DNA of 58,371 bases, taken from contig JAFORL010000106.1 in the NCBI GenBank assembly GCA_017393285.1, positions 1-58,371 on the forward strand. Reading direction: 5' to 3'. Position numbers and translations under genes: made by a program. Shown piece after piece: positions 27,910 through 37,702 of this stretch. How positions within the stretch are numbered: position 1 is the stretch's first letter; every line of letters begins with the position of its first letter. The notes beneath the pieces are model-generated. The model did not search any database. It saw nothing but the letters and a program-made list of their open reading frames with translations, and was not told the origin of the DNA. This DNA is from Lachnospiraceae bacterium (GTDB lineage Bacteria > Bacillota > Clostridia > Lachnospirales > Lachnospiraceae).

Positions 27910-28455
27910 CTAATCCAACATATCATGCATACTCAAAATCATCTCTGCCACCTCTGCCATAGCCGTACCAGCATCCATACTGGTTTTTTGCAAATAATAA
28001 TGGGCTTCTTCCTCCGACATATGATTTCGGTCCATCAACAAAGCTTTTGCCTTGTTAATGAGTATCTTTTCTTCTTTTTTTCTGGCTAATTTTTTCTGTT
28101 TCTTTTGCGTTTTTTCATATCGATAGGATATCATGTGTAAGGTTTCAAGTAACTCCCGCATACGAACGGGCATTTCTACACAGACAACACTGTTATTATA
28201 GCAGTTATCCAATTTTGCTTTAGATGCCATGAGGACCAGTTCAAATCCTTTTGGCAGGTACTCGTATAAATCTGCGTAATACATATCCGCCACTTTATAT
28301 CCGGTAATAATGACACCACCATCTAATTCATTTGCCTTACTAATCGCCTGGGCTCCTGTTGTGCATGCCAAACAAACATCAAACCCATGACGAATCAATG
28401 CGTTCATGATGTTCTTTGCGTCTTGCATTTTAGGAAAAACGACAATAATTTGCAC
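27910..28455 (-). CDS. ANTAR-domain RNA-binding antiterminator with a pseudo-receiver N-terminal domain (181 aa, GTG start)
   Basis: C-terminal ANTAR signature LINKAKALLMDRNHMSEEEAHYYLQKTSMDAGTAMAEVAEMIL. The N-terminal CheY-like fold appears to lack the acidic pocket and phospho-acceptor Asp (IIVVFPKMQD; VIITGYKV). Confidence 0.8.
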   Translation of the reverse strand: MQIIVVFPKMQDAKNIMNALIRHGFDVCLACTTGAQAISKANELDGGVIITGYKVADMYYADLYEYLPKGFELVLMASKAKLDNCYNNSVVCVEMPVRMRELLETLHMISYRYEKTQKKQKKLARKKEEKILINKAKALLMDRNHMSEEEAHYYLQKTSMDAGTAMAEVAEMILSMHDMLD

Positions 28456-28495
28456 AAATAAGCCCCCTTTTCATTGGTTTTTGGAATGTTACCCT

Positions 28496-29797
28496 TTAAA
28501 TTCGGTTCAAATAACGGTCTACTTCCCATTTTGTAACTTCTTCACAATAACGGTTCCATTCTGATTTTTTGGCTTCTAAATAGCTTTTTGTAATATATGG
28601 TCCCAATACTTCTTGCAGATACGTATCTTTTTCAAATGCTTTAATGGCATCTTCCAAAGTCTTTGGCATAACTTTGTCACTATAAATCGTTTCCACATCT
28701 ATATTTGGTGCTTCCAACTGTTTCTCAATACCGTCTAATCCTGATGCCAGGCAGGCAGCCAAAACCAAATATGGGTTGGATGCAGAATCCGGATTTCTAA
28801 ACTCCAGCTTTGTACCGGACTTGGCTTTGCAATTCATACGAAGCATGGCATCTCTGTCATTCATGGAACAGCTTACCTTTAATGGTGCATTATATCCAGG
28901 CACAAAACGTTTATACGAATTGACAATCGGATTGTTAATCAATGACATACCATCAATATGACTTAAAATACCTGCCATAAATTGTTTGGCAATGATACTG
29001 ATACCATTTTGCTCCTGTGGATCTGTAAAGGCATTTTTTCCGTCCTTCATTAAGACAAATGCCAATTTCATGGAAGAACCTTGCAAATCCCTTCTTGGCT
29101 TTGGCATGAAAGTAGCATGTAAGCCATGTCTTTTTGCCACAATACGAACAACCATCTTGAAGGTAACGATATTATCCGCTGTATTCATTGCCTGATCTGC
29201 GGCAAATCCAATTCCATGCTGTGCAACTTCTGAAGCATGATAAGAAGATTCTACTTCAAAATCCATATCTTCTAAGAATAATACTGCCTCTCTTCTTGCA
29301 TTTTGTCCTTGATCGATTGGACCTATATCAAAATATTCTCCCTTTTCCTGCGTCGTTACTGTTGGTTTCCCATCTTCTGTGGTGTCAAACAAAAAGAATT
29401 CGCAGTTGGGCTGTACCACCAACTCAAACCCCATATTTTTTGCCTTTTCCAAAACACGAGATAATACATATCTGGAATCCCCTAATACCGGTGAACCATC
29501 TTCATGCACCACATCACACAAAAATCTTGCTACTTTTCCCTGTTGTGGTCTCCATGGAAAAATTGCAAAAGTGTCCAATTGTGGACGCAAAAACAATTCA
29601 CTCATATTATTGCCTGTAAATCCCTCAATGGCTGCACCGTCAAACATACATTCTCCATTTAATATTTTATGTAATTGACTGGTGGTTACTGCCAGATTTT
29701 TCAAGGTCCCAAATACGTCTACAAATTGCAATCGTATAAATTCTACGTCTTCTTCTTCCACTAAATCAATAATATCCTGCTTTGTATATTTTGCCAT
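28496..29797 (-). CDS. glnA: Glutamine synthetase, type I
   Basis: 433 aa, with beta-grasp and catalytic domains (FVDVFGTLKN..., NPYLVLAACLASGLDGI). RBS aggag present. Confidence 0.95.
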   Translation of the reverse strand: MAKYTKQDIIDLVEEEDVEFIRLQFVDVFGTLKNLAVTTSQLHKILNGECMFDGAAIEGFTGNNMSELFLRPQLDTFAIFPWRPQQGKVARFLCDVVHEDGSPVLGDSRYVLSRVLEKAKNMGFELVVQPNCEFFLFDTTEDGKPTVTTQEKGEYFDIGPIDQGQNARREAVLFLEDMDFEVESSYHASEVAQHGIGFAADQAMNTADNIVTFKMVVRIVAKRHGLHATFMPKPRRDLQGSSMKLAFVLMKDGKNAFTDPQEQNGISIIAKQFMAGILSHIDGMSLINNPIVNSYKRFVPGYNAPLKVSCSMNDRDAMLRMNCKAKSGTKLEFRNPDSASNPYLVLAACLASGLDGIEKQLEAPNIDVETIYSDKVMPKTLEDAIKAFEKDTYLQEVLGPYITKSYLEAKKSEWNRYCEEVTKWEVDRYLNRI

Positions 29798-29807
29798 AAT
29801 TTTTCTC

Positions 29808-30611
29808 CTATTCTACTACAAACCCAAAATGTGTCAGGGCATATGCTACCCCTTCCTCTTTTACATGTTTGGTAACAAACTGCACTTGTTTTTTCACAAT
29901 TTCCTTGCTATTCCCCATTGCTACACTAATGCCTGCACAAGTCAACATGGATAAATCATTGGTACTATCTCCAATTGCCATGGTGTATTTCTTCGAAATA
30001 TGATAATGCTGCATTAAACATTCCATGCCAGAAGCTTTGCTATAACCTTTTGGCATCACTTCGTAAAAACCTTTGTCTCGTTTCAAGAAGGAAAATCGAT
30101 CTCCCAATGCATTTTGTAATTGTTCAAAATTTCCATCTTCTCCAAACCAAATGGTAAACTTTTGGAAAGATACATTATCCTCCTGCCAATAACGACGCTT
30201 TTTATTTACTTCTGGTCCAAAACATTCCAAAACAGCAAATAATCTTGCATCTTTACTTTCTTTTGACAAATAAAAGGCTTCTTCCCCTTCTAGCAATGCT
30301 TCGATTTTACACGCTTCCAACAATGCTACAATTTGCTTTGCTTCTTCCCCTTCGACCGTACATTTTACCAAAGTTTCATCATGTACTTTCACATGGGTTC
30401 CACAGCCACAAACAAAACCGTCAAATCCAACTGCCACAACTGCCGGATCCAATTCCGAGTAACTTCTTCCTGTATTTAAAAATACCAAATGACCATTTTT
30501 TCTGGCATTTTTTAAGGCTCTTTTTGTTTCCTGGGTTAAAACGCCTGTCTCCTCATCAACCAAGGTTCCATCTATATCAAAAAATAACAAATGTGATTGC
30601 AATATTTTCAT
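29808..30611 (-). CDS. Cof-type HAD-IIB phosphatase
   Basis: Start at MKILQSHLLFFDIDGTLVDE (DxDGT motif). LNTGRS and GDSTNDLSM motifs. The track ORF is extended 29 codons into truA. Confidence 0.8.
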   Translation of the reverse strand: MKILQSHLLFFDIDGTLVDEETGVLTQETKRALKNARKNGHLVFLNTGRSYSELDPAVVAVGFDGFVCGCGTHVKVHDETLVKCTVEGEEAKQIVALLEACKIEALLEGEEAFYLSKESKDARLFAVLECFGPEVNKKRRYWQEDNVSFQKFTIWFGEDGNFEQLQNALGDRFSFLKRDKGFYEVMPKGYSKASGMECLMQHYHISKKYTMAIGDSTNDLSMLTCAGISVAMGNSKEIVKKQVQFVTKHVKEEGVAYALTHFGFVVE

Positions 30612-30616
30612 CCTTT

Positions 30617-31387
30617 CTACAGACTTTGCATAGGGGATTGCGCTTCCAAGTCCGGATAGACAATCTCTACCAAAAATAAACCATGAGCTGGTGCACATGC
30701 ACCACCTTTGCTTCTATCTTTACAAGTAAGCAATTCCTTTACATATGCTGGTGTAAAATGTTTGGTACCAACCTGTAACAAGGTACCGGTTATAATACGA
30801 ACCATATTGTATAAAAATCCATTTCCTTGCACCCGCAATACCAATTCGTCGCCACGCTCTTCTATGGTTAGGCTGTATATGGTACGTGTGGTGTCCTTCA
30901 CCTGTGTTTTACTGGAGCAAAAGCAAACGAAATCATGCTTCCCCACCAAATATCCTGCCGCCTCTCGCATTGCCTCCAAATCTAAATTCCAATGAAAATG
31001 ATAGGCATACATTCTGCGGGTAGGAATTGCTATTCTTCTGTTTAATATATGATATTCATAGGTCTTGATGCTATCGCAATGTCTGGGGTGAAAATCCGCC
31101 GGTACAGCAAAGGAACGTTGTACTCGAATGGCCGTTGGCAACAAGGCATTTAATGCCATAGCAAACCGTTCCGGCGGTATCTTACTTTCTGTATCAAATA
31201 CCGCTACATTTCCATATGCATGCACCCCTGCATCTGTTCTACTTGCACCAATGACCCGAATATCCTCCTGACATAATTGGGATAATTTTTCATTGATTAC
31301 GCCTTCTATGGTTACCGCATGGGGTTGAAGCTGCCAACCATGATAATTGGTGCCATCGTAGGCAATTTCTAATTTTACTCTTTGCAT
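30617..31387 (-). CDS. truA: tRNA pseudouridine(38-40) synthase
   Basis: 256 aa. GASRTDAGVHA catalytic Asp motif. Conserved position after ecfT. Confidence 0.9.
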   Translation of the reverse strand: MQRVKLEIAYDGTNYHGWQLQPHAVTIEGVINEKLSQLCQEDIRVIGASRTDAGVHAYGNVAVFDTESKIPPERFAMALNALLPTAIRVQRSFAVPADFHPRHCDSIKTYEYHILNRRIAIPTRRMYAYHFHWNLDLEAMREAAGYLVGKHDFVCFCSSKTQVKDTTRTIYSLTIEERGDELVLRVQGNGFLYNMVRIITGTLLQVGTKHFTPAYVKELLTCKDRSKGGACAPAHGLFLVEIVYPDLEAQSPMQSL

Positions 31388-31414
31388 TTTCTACTCTCCC
31401 ATTCCTGTTTTCCA

Positions 31415-32236
31415 TTAGAACATACTAATCAGCCTAGTCATGCAGTATACCAGGCAAAACAAAACCACCAAATAGAGCCCCAATGCCAGATAGGCTAGAT
31501 AATCTTCTCTTTTATAGGTTAGCGGTTTCATTTTGGTTCTGCCATCACCGCCACGATAACATCTGGCATCCATTGCCATGGCTAAATCATCTGCCCGACG
31601 AAATGCAGAGATAAATAAAGGAACAATGATGGGTAGCAGATTTTTTACTTTTTTGATCAAGCCACCCGTTTCAAAGTCAGCACCTCTTGCCATTTGTGCC
31701 TTCATAATTTTGTCTGTTTCTTCCAACAAAATCGGTATAAATCGAAGTGCGATGGACATCATCATGGCGATTTCGTGTACAGGCAGGTGTATGCGTTTCC
31801 AAGGTTGAAACAATTTTTCAATGCCATCCGTCAACTGATTTGGCGTTGTGGTAAATGTTACCACAGATGCACCAAACACCAATAAACAAAGGCGAATACC
31901 TGTAAAAATTGCACGTTTTATGCCTGCTAACGTTATGGATATAATCCCCCAATGAAAAAGGGGTTCTCCAGCCGAAAACAGCACATTTGCTGTTAAACTA
32001 AATAGTAAAATAACCAAAACGGGTTTGAGTCCTTTTACCATATGTCCCAAAGGAATTTTTGCCAATCGAACCACCCACAGCAAAAAGATGGCACTGACTA
32101 CCAAGCCTATGTATCGATTAAAACAAAACATGGAAATCATATAAAAAAAGGTAGCCACCAGTTTTGTTCTAGGGTCTAACCCATGAATCACAGACTCTGC
32201 ATGATAATACTGTCCTATTGTAATATCTCGTATCAT
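31415..32236 (-). CDS. ecfT: ECF transporter transmembrane (T) component
   Basis: 273 aa, polytopic. ARG...R coupling-helix region (MARGADFETG, FRRADDLAMAMDARCY). Confidence 0.9.
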   Translation of the reverse strand: MIRDITIGQYYHAESVIHGLDPRTKLVATFFYMISMFCFNRYIGLVVSAIFLLWVVRLAKIPLGHMVKGLKPVLVILLFSLTANVLFSAGEPLFHWGIISITLAGIKRAIFTGIRLCLLVFGASVVTFTTTPNQLTDGIEKLFQPWKRIHLPVHEIAMMMSIALRFIPILLEETDKIMKAQMARGADFETGGLIKKVKNLLPIIVPLFISAFRRADDLAMAMDARCYRGGDGRTKMKPLTYKREDYLAYLALGLYLVVLFCLVYCMTRLISMF

Positions 32237-32302
32237 ATTCTAAGCCTTTCTTTCTTGCAATGTAACGTTTCAGCCGATTACCATAACCTGAACTTTCAAG
32301 CT

Positions 32303-32480
32303 CTGTGTATCATCCAATGACTTTCATCTAGCAGCTAAAATGATTGGCTTATGCCTTGCATTTTCCATGCTGCTGTGTATCATACAATGTTTTTCATCTA
32401 ACAGCTAAAATGATTGGCTTATGCCTTGCATTTTCCAGGCTGCTGTGTATCATACAATGACTTTCATCTAACAGCTAAAG
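32303..32480. repeat. Tandem array of 2.5 units of 70 bp in the ecfA2-ecfT spacer
   Basis: ctgtgtatcat(c/a)caatg(a/t)(c/t)tttcatcta(g/a)cagctaaaatgattggcttatgccttgcattttcca(t/g)gctg, starting at 32303, 32373 and 32443. Confidence 0.85.
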
Positions 32481-32626
32481 TCAGGGGTATTGCTGTAGCT
32501 TTTCTTTGATTTTGGCTGAAATCTTCTATTACATGATATTGCATATCGTTTTAATTGTCAAATTTACATTCATCCAATCAAGCATTGTCCAGCTTGTTCT
32601 CTCTGGAATGTCTTGCAGACCACAGT

Positions 32627-33484
32627 TTACATATGTCTGCTACCGTAACACTCCAAAATTGCTTCTTTGGCCTCTTCTACTGTAATCACAGAAGTATCCA
32701 GTCTATAGCCATCTTTTTCTAATCGTTTTGCAATTCGATTAACCGATGGTACAGATAAACCATATTTTTCCAAAACCGTTTCCTCTTGAAAAACTTCTTT
32801 TGGACTCCCATCCATTCGTATTTGCCCATCATAGAGAACCACCAAACGCTCCACATGATTGGCCATATCCTCCATGGAATGAGAAACCACAATGACTGTA
32901 CAATGTTTCTCCTTATGCAAGCGATCGATTAAACTTAAAATTTCCTTTCTTCCCACAGGGTCAAGACCAGCAGTGGGTTCATCTAGTATCAACACTTCCG
33001 GTTGCATGGCCAAAATACCTGCAATGGCTACACGTCGTTTTTGGCCTCCCGACAACTGAAATGGGGATGCGTCTAAATATTTTTCATGTAATCCCACATC
33101 ACGAAATGCCTGATAACTGCGTAAATCCACTTCCAAGGGTTCCAAACCTAAATTTTTAGGTCCAAATTTGATATCTTTAATGACGCTACTTTCGAACAAC
33201 TGATATTCTGGATATTGAAAAACCAACCCAACTTTAGTACGTAATCCTACTCGATCAAAACCCTTGTCTTGAATATTGGTACCATTATAATATATATTTC
33301 CAGTAGTGGGACTTTCTAAACCATTGAGCAATTGCAAGAGCGTTGACTTCCCCGAACCTGTATGTCCAATAATTCCTATATATTCTCCATCTTCAATGGA
33401 TAAATTGATATCTTTTAAAGTATATTGCTCTGTACCCTTCATATCTTTATGTTGATAGCAAACATGCTCTAATCTTATGGACAT
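32627..33484 (-). CDS. ecfA2: ECF transporter ATPase component 2
   Basis: 285 aa. Walker A GHTGSGKST, signature LSGGQKRRVAIA, Walker B ILILDEP. Confidence 0.9.
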   Translation of the reverse strand: MSIRLEHVCYQHKDMKGTEQYTLKDINLSIEDGEYIGIIGHTGSGKSTLLQLLNGLESPTTGNIYYNGTNIQDKGFDRVGLRTKVGLVFQYPEYQLFESSVIKDIKFGPKNLGLEPLEVDLRSYQAFRDVGLHEKYLDASPFQLSGGQKRRVAIAGILAMQPEVLILDEPTAGLDPVGRKEILSLIDRLHKEKHCTVIVVSHSMEDMANHVERLVVLYDGQIRMDGSPKEVFQEETVLEKYGLSVPSVNRIAKRLEKDGYRLDTSVITVEEAKEAILECYGSRHM

Positions 33485-33544
33485 AACACATTCCCACTTT
33501 CTCTTTAAACTTGCATAGCACCATTCATATCCGATTCTTTCTGA

Positions 33545-33945
33545 TATATTTCATTTTTTTGATGCATTTTCAACTTTTCATACATTTTATCTTTTTGATA
33601 CTTTTCATACTTTTGATACACTTTATTTTTTCGATACTTTTCATGTTTTTAAGTCATTTTATTTTTTTCACTCATTTCATATTTTCGATGCATTTTATTT
33701 TTTTTCACTCATTTCATGTTTTCGATGCATTTTATTTTTTCACTCATTTCATGTTTTTGATGCATTTTATTTTTTTCACTCATTTCATGTTTTCGATGCA
33801 TTTTATTTTTTCACTCATTTCATGTTTTCAATGCATTTTATTTTTTCACTCATTTCATGTTTTTGATGCATTTTATTTTTTTGATACTCTCAGGTTTTGG
33901 GACTTTTCATATCTTTTATACATTTCATTTTTTTGATGCTTCTGT
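33545..33945. repeat. T-rich tandem array in the ecfA1-ecfA2 spacer: six well-conserved 35-37-bp units (33669-33882) with degenerate flanks
   Basis: Unit cactcatttcatgttttcgatgcattttattttttt, starting at 33669, 33706, 33741, 33777, 33812 and 33847. Confidence 0.85.
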
Positions 33946-34028
33946 GTTGACTACTTTTATAATTTAATGAATGCACTACAACCAAGCGAAAGCTTGTGTA
34001 TTTCTTGCTTGTCTTTTTAAATTGGCTT

Positions 34029-34883
34029 CTATAATTCTTTTTCTAAACAGCGAATCAATTCCTCTTCTGTCAAAACCACAGGAGGCAACCGCATGCCTTC
34101 CTGTCTCAGTACATAGGCTAGCTCTGTTACTTGTGGCACATCCAATCCGTATCTTCTAATCTGCTCTACATCTGTAAATACTTGACGTGGCGTTCCTTCC
34201 AATGCAACTTTTCCTTCATCTATTAAATAGATATAATCTGCATCTACAACTTCCTCCATATAATGAGTAATCCAAATGACTGTTATATTTTCTTCTTTGT
34301 TAAGACGATGGGCTGTTTCCAACACTTCTTTCCGTCCGATTGGATCCAGCATAGCTGTAGCTTCATCAAATACGATACATTTGGTATGCATAGCCATAAC
34401 ACTTGCAATTGCAACTCTCTGCTTTTGTCCGCCAGACAAACGATTGGGTGATTCTTTCCGATACGCTAACATATCCACTGCCGAGAGACTTTCCTCTACT
34501 CTTTTCCATATTTCTTCGGTAGGAATACCAAGATTTTCTGGACCAAACCCTACGTCTTCCTCTACGATATTAGATACAATCTGATTATCAGGATTTTGAA
34601 ATACCATACCCGTATTTTGCCGAACCTTCCAAACCAACTCCTGTTTTGATGTATCCATACCATCTACATATAAAGTACCATCCGTGGGCATCAGTAAAGC
34701 ATTCAAATGTTTAGAAAATGTTGATTTACCTGATCCATTTTTACCTAATACTGCAACAAAATCTCCTGCTTTTATTTCAATATTAATATCATCTAATGCT
34801 CTTTGTATTTCTTCTACGTTTCCTTCTTCATCTCTTCGTATGTAGTCGAAGCCCATTTTTTTCGCTTGAATCATTTTTCTCAC
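34029..34883 (-). CDS. ecfA1: ECF transporter ATPase component 1
   Basis: 284 aa. Walker A GKNGSGKST, signature LSGGQKQRVAIA, Walker B CIVFDEA. Confidence 0.9.
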   Translation of the reverse strand: MRKMIQAKKMGFDYIRRDEEGNVEEIQRALDDINIEIKAGDFVAVLGKNGSGKSTFSKHLNALLMPTDGTLYVDGMDTSKQELVWKVRQNTGMVFQNPDNQIVSNIVEEDVGFGPENLGIPTEEIWKRVEESLSAVDMLAYRKESPNRLSGGQKQRVAIASVMAMHTKCIVFDEATAMLDPIGRKEVLETAHRLNKEENITVIWITHYMEEVVDADYIYLIDEGKVALEGTPRQVFTDVEQIRRYGLDVPQVTELAYVLRQEGMRLPPVVLTEEELIRCLEKEL

Positions 34884-34939
34884 CTGCCTATATAGATTGG
34901 GATGTTATACCTGTATTCGCAATCACCACAATATATGAA

Positions 34940-34975
34940 AGACCACTATTACAGGGAAGCCCATAATAGTGGTCT
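34940..34975 (-). terminator. Stem-loop (weak terminator or attenuator) between rplQ and ecfA1
   Basis: 12-bp perfect stem agaccactatta / taatagtggtct with a 12-nt loop. Followed on the minus strand by only a weak T tract (ttcatatatt). Confidence 0.4.
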
Positions 34976-34986
34976 CTTAACAAAAA

Positions 34987-35535
34987 TTATACTAACTCAA
35001 TTAAAACTTCCATTGCTGCGTCACCCTTACGTTGACCAATCTTAACGATTCTAGTATATCCACCATTACGGTCAGCATACTTTGGAGCAATATCATTGAA
35101 CACGATGTCAGCTACATCTACAGTCTTTGTATTACGCTTCTTACCAGCACCCTTACTAGTTTCTGTAACTGCATATAAAATCTTGTTCATTTGTCTTCTA
35201 GCATGAATACGACTAGGATTTTCTTTCTTGATTTCCTGATCAATTGTTTCACGTACTACAACTTGATACTTTCTACCGTTCTTGCTAGTCTTTTCCTCTG
35301 TAACCTTTACACCATTCTCGTCTCTCTTAGCAACAGTTGATTTAACAGTTACAGTTTCGTAATTATCTTTCTCTCTTACACCTAAAGCAATAATGCTTTC
35401 TGCAATACGACGGATTTCCTTAGCTTTTGCTTCAGTAGTAACAATCTTACCATTGTAAAGTAAATTTGTTACTTGATTTCTAAGCAAAGCTTTTCTCTGA
35501 CTTGCAGTTCTGCCAAGTTTTCTATAGCCTGCCAT
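34987..35535 (-). CDS. rplQ: 50S ribosomal protein L17, long form (182 aa)
   Basis: MAGYRKLGRTASQRKALLRN...HARRQ...GGYTRIVKIGQRKGDAAMEVLIELV, with an internal insertion of about 52 aa. Confidence 0.9.
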   Translation of the reverse strand: MAGYRKLGRTASQRKALLRNQVTNLLYNGKIVTTEAKAKEIRRIAESIIALGVREKDNYETVTVKSTVAKRDENGVKVTEEKTSKNGRKYQVVVRETIDQEIKKENPSRIHARRQMNKILYAVTETSKGAGKKRNTKTVDVADIVFNDIAPKYADRNGGYTRIVKIGQRKGDAAMEVLIELV

Positions 35536-35568
35536 GTGTTTACCTCCTAAAATATTATAACGTTTTAT

Positions 35569-36534
35569 CTAATTATTTTCACCATCAACATTTAAAGATA
35601 AGCCTAACTCTTTTAATTTTGCAAGTACCTCATCAAGAGACTTACGTCCAAGGTTACGAACTTTCATCATATCTTCTGGTGACTTATTTATTAATTCTTC
35701 AACAGTATTAATGCCTGCTCTCTTTAAGCAGTTGTATGAACGTACAGAAAGCTCTAATTCGTCAATACTCATATCAAGTACTGCACCCTTATCGTCTTCT
35801 GGCTTCTCGACCATAACCTCAACTGCTTTCGCATTCTCTGATAAGTCGATAAATGATTTCAAATGTTCACTCAATACTTTTGCAGCTAAACTTACAGCTT
35901 CATCTGGCTCAAGTGTTCCATTTGTAAATACATCTAATGTAAGCTTATCATAATCAGTAATCTGACCTACACGAGTGTTTTCTACTGCTAAGTTTACTCT
36001 CTCTACTGGTGTGTAAATAGAGTCAACCGCAATGGTACCAATTGGGTATTCATCGCTCTTATTCTTATCAGAGCTTACATATCCACGACCTCTTGTAATT
36101 GTTAATTCAGCTGAGAACTTACAATCCTTTCCACCGCTTAAAGTTGCAATTACTAAATCTGGGTTTAGGATTTCAAGCTCAGAATCTAATTGAATATCGC
36201 CAGCAGTTACAACACCTTCGCCTTCGAACTCAATGTATGCAGTCTTTGGTTCATTAGAATCACTTGTATTTTTAATCGCCAAATTCTTAATGTTCATAAT
36301 AATCTCAGTTACATCTTCCTTTACACCAGGAATTGAACTAAACTCATGTACTACACCACTAATCTTTACTTGGCTTACTGCTGTACCTGGTAACGACGAA
36401 AGCATAATTCTTCTTAAAGAATTACCCAAAGTTGTTCCATATCCTCTTTCAAGAGGTTGTACGACAAATCGTCCATATCTCTTATCTTCAGAAATTTCTG
36501 CAATTTCAATAATAGGTTTTTCAAAATCAAACAC
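35569..36534 (-). CDS. rpoA: DNA-directed RNA polymerase alpha subunit
   Basis: 321 aa. [20 protein letters not shown]; C-terminal-domain HhH segment [22 protein letters not shown]. Confidence 0.95.
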   Translation of the reverse strand: MFDFEKPIIEIAEISEDKRYGRFVVQPLERGYGTTLGNSLRRIMLSSLPGTAVSQVKISGVVHEFSSIPGVKEDVTEIIMNIKNLAIKNTSDSNEPKTAYIEFEGEGVVTAGDIQLDSELEILNPDLVIATLSGGKDCKFSAELTITRGRGYVSSDKNKSDEYPIGTIAVDSIYTPVERVNLAVENTRVGQITDYDKLTLDVFTNGTLEPDEAVSLAAKVLSEHLKSFIDLSENAKAVEVMVEKPEDDKGAVLDMSIDELELSVRSYNCLKRAGINTVEELINKSPEDMMKVRNLGRKSLDEVLAKLKELGLSLNVDGENN

Positions 36535-36641
36535 TTCTGAATCCTCCTTTTGGGTTATATACTGCTGTTTATCAAGCTACCATCCATCCATAATCTGCAT
36601 TTCGGTGCTCCAAAACGGAGCCACCAAAATATAGATTTATA

Positions 36642-37235
36642 TTATTTAGAATACAACTCGACAATAAGCATTTCGTTAACAGGAACATCGATTTGATCTC
36701 TTGTAGGAAGCTCTTTCACTACACCAGATAATGACTCGTGATTTGCTTCTAACCAAGCAGGAACAAGTCTAGCGTCTGTCACTTCTAAGATGTCCTTATA
36801 TCTTTGCATACTCTTATACTTTTCAGCAATTTCAATTGTATCACCAGCTTTTACTTGGTATGAAGGAATGTTAACAACCTTACCATTTACAAGTACATGC
36901 TTATGATCTACGATTTGTCTTGCTTCTCTTCTTGTTCTACCGTATCCCATTCTGAAAATTACGTTATCAAGTCTTAACTCAAGAAGGATCATTAAGTTTT
37001 CACCTGTTGTACCAGTTCTAACTTTTTGAGCCTTAGCAAACATATTTCTAAAAGGCTTTTCTAAAACACCATAAATGAACTTAGCCTTTTGTTTTTCTCT
37101 TAACTGTAAACCGTATTCGCTTACTTTTCTACCAGCTCTAACACTTCTGTTAGACTTCTTATCAATTCCTAAGAACTGAGGATCGATTCCTAAAGATCTA
37201 CATCTTTTAAGCACTGGGATTCTATCTACTGCCAT
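36642..37235 (-). CDS. rpsD: 30S ribosomal protein S4
   Basis: 197 aa; S4 domain LRLDNVIFRMGYGRTRREARQIVDHKHVLVNG. Confidence 0.95.
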   Translation of the reverse strand: MAVDRIPVLKRCRSLGIDPQFLGIDKKSNRSVRAGRKVSEYGLQLREKQKAKFIYGVLEKPFRNMFAKAQKVRTGTTGENLMILLELRLDNVIFRMGYGRTRREARQIVDHKHVLVNGKVVNIPSYQVKAGDTIEIAEKYKSMQRYKDILEVTDARLVPAWLEANHESLSGVVKELPTRDQIDVPVNEMLIVELYSK

Positions 37236-37259
37236 TCTTTTTTCCTCCTAATCTTAATA

Positions 37260-37655
37260 CTAGACACGTCTACGTTTTGGTGGTCTACAACCATTGTGTG
37301 GTACTGGAGTTACGTCCTTAATAGATGTAACTTCGATTCCGCATGCTTGAAGTGCACGAATTGCAGCTTCTCTACCTGAACCAGGACCCTTAACCATAAC
37401 TTCTACAGATTTCAAACCGTGAGGAATAGCTGCTTTTGCTGCTGCCTCAGCTGCCATCTGTGCTGCATAAGGAGTAGACTTCTTAGATCCTCTGAAACCT
37501 AATCCGCCTGCACTTGCCCAAGAAAGTGCATTACCTTCTGCATCTGTCAGTGTAACGATTGTATTATTAAAAGATGACTGAATATGTGCTTGTCCACGAT
37601 CAACGTTCTTCTTGACACGCTTTTTTGTCACTTTTTTTGCTATTTTCTTAGCCAT
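37260..37655 (-). CDS. rpsK: 30S ribosomal protein S11
   Basis: Start at ATG 37655 (RBS ggaggg 7 nt upstream). [16 protein letters not shown]...[14 protein letters not shown]. Confidence 0.95.
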   Translation of the reverse strand: MAKKIAKKVTKKRVKKNVDRGQAHIQSSFNNTIVTLTDAEGNALSWASAGGLGFRGSKKSTPYAAQMAAEAAAKAAIPHGLKSVEVMVKGPGSGREAAIRALQACGIEVTSIKDVTPVPHNGCRPPKRRRV

Positions 37656-37702
37656 TGACAAACCCTCCTATGGATTTAAAATTTTTACTTATTTATTACG
37701 AA

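Noticed and set aside
33511-33936. 141-aa plus-strand ORF (F/I/H-rich) between ecfA1 and ecfA2
   Set aside because: It is produced entirely by the T-rich 36-bp repeat. It has a periodic low-complexity sequence and no RBS, and it lies antisense to the operon.
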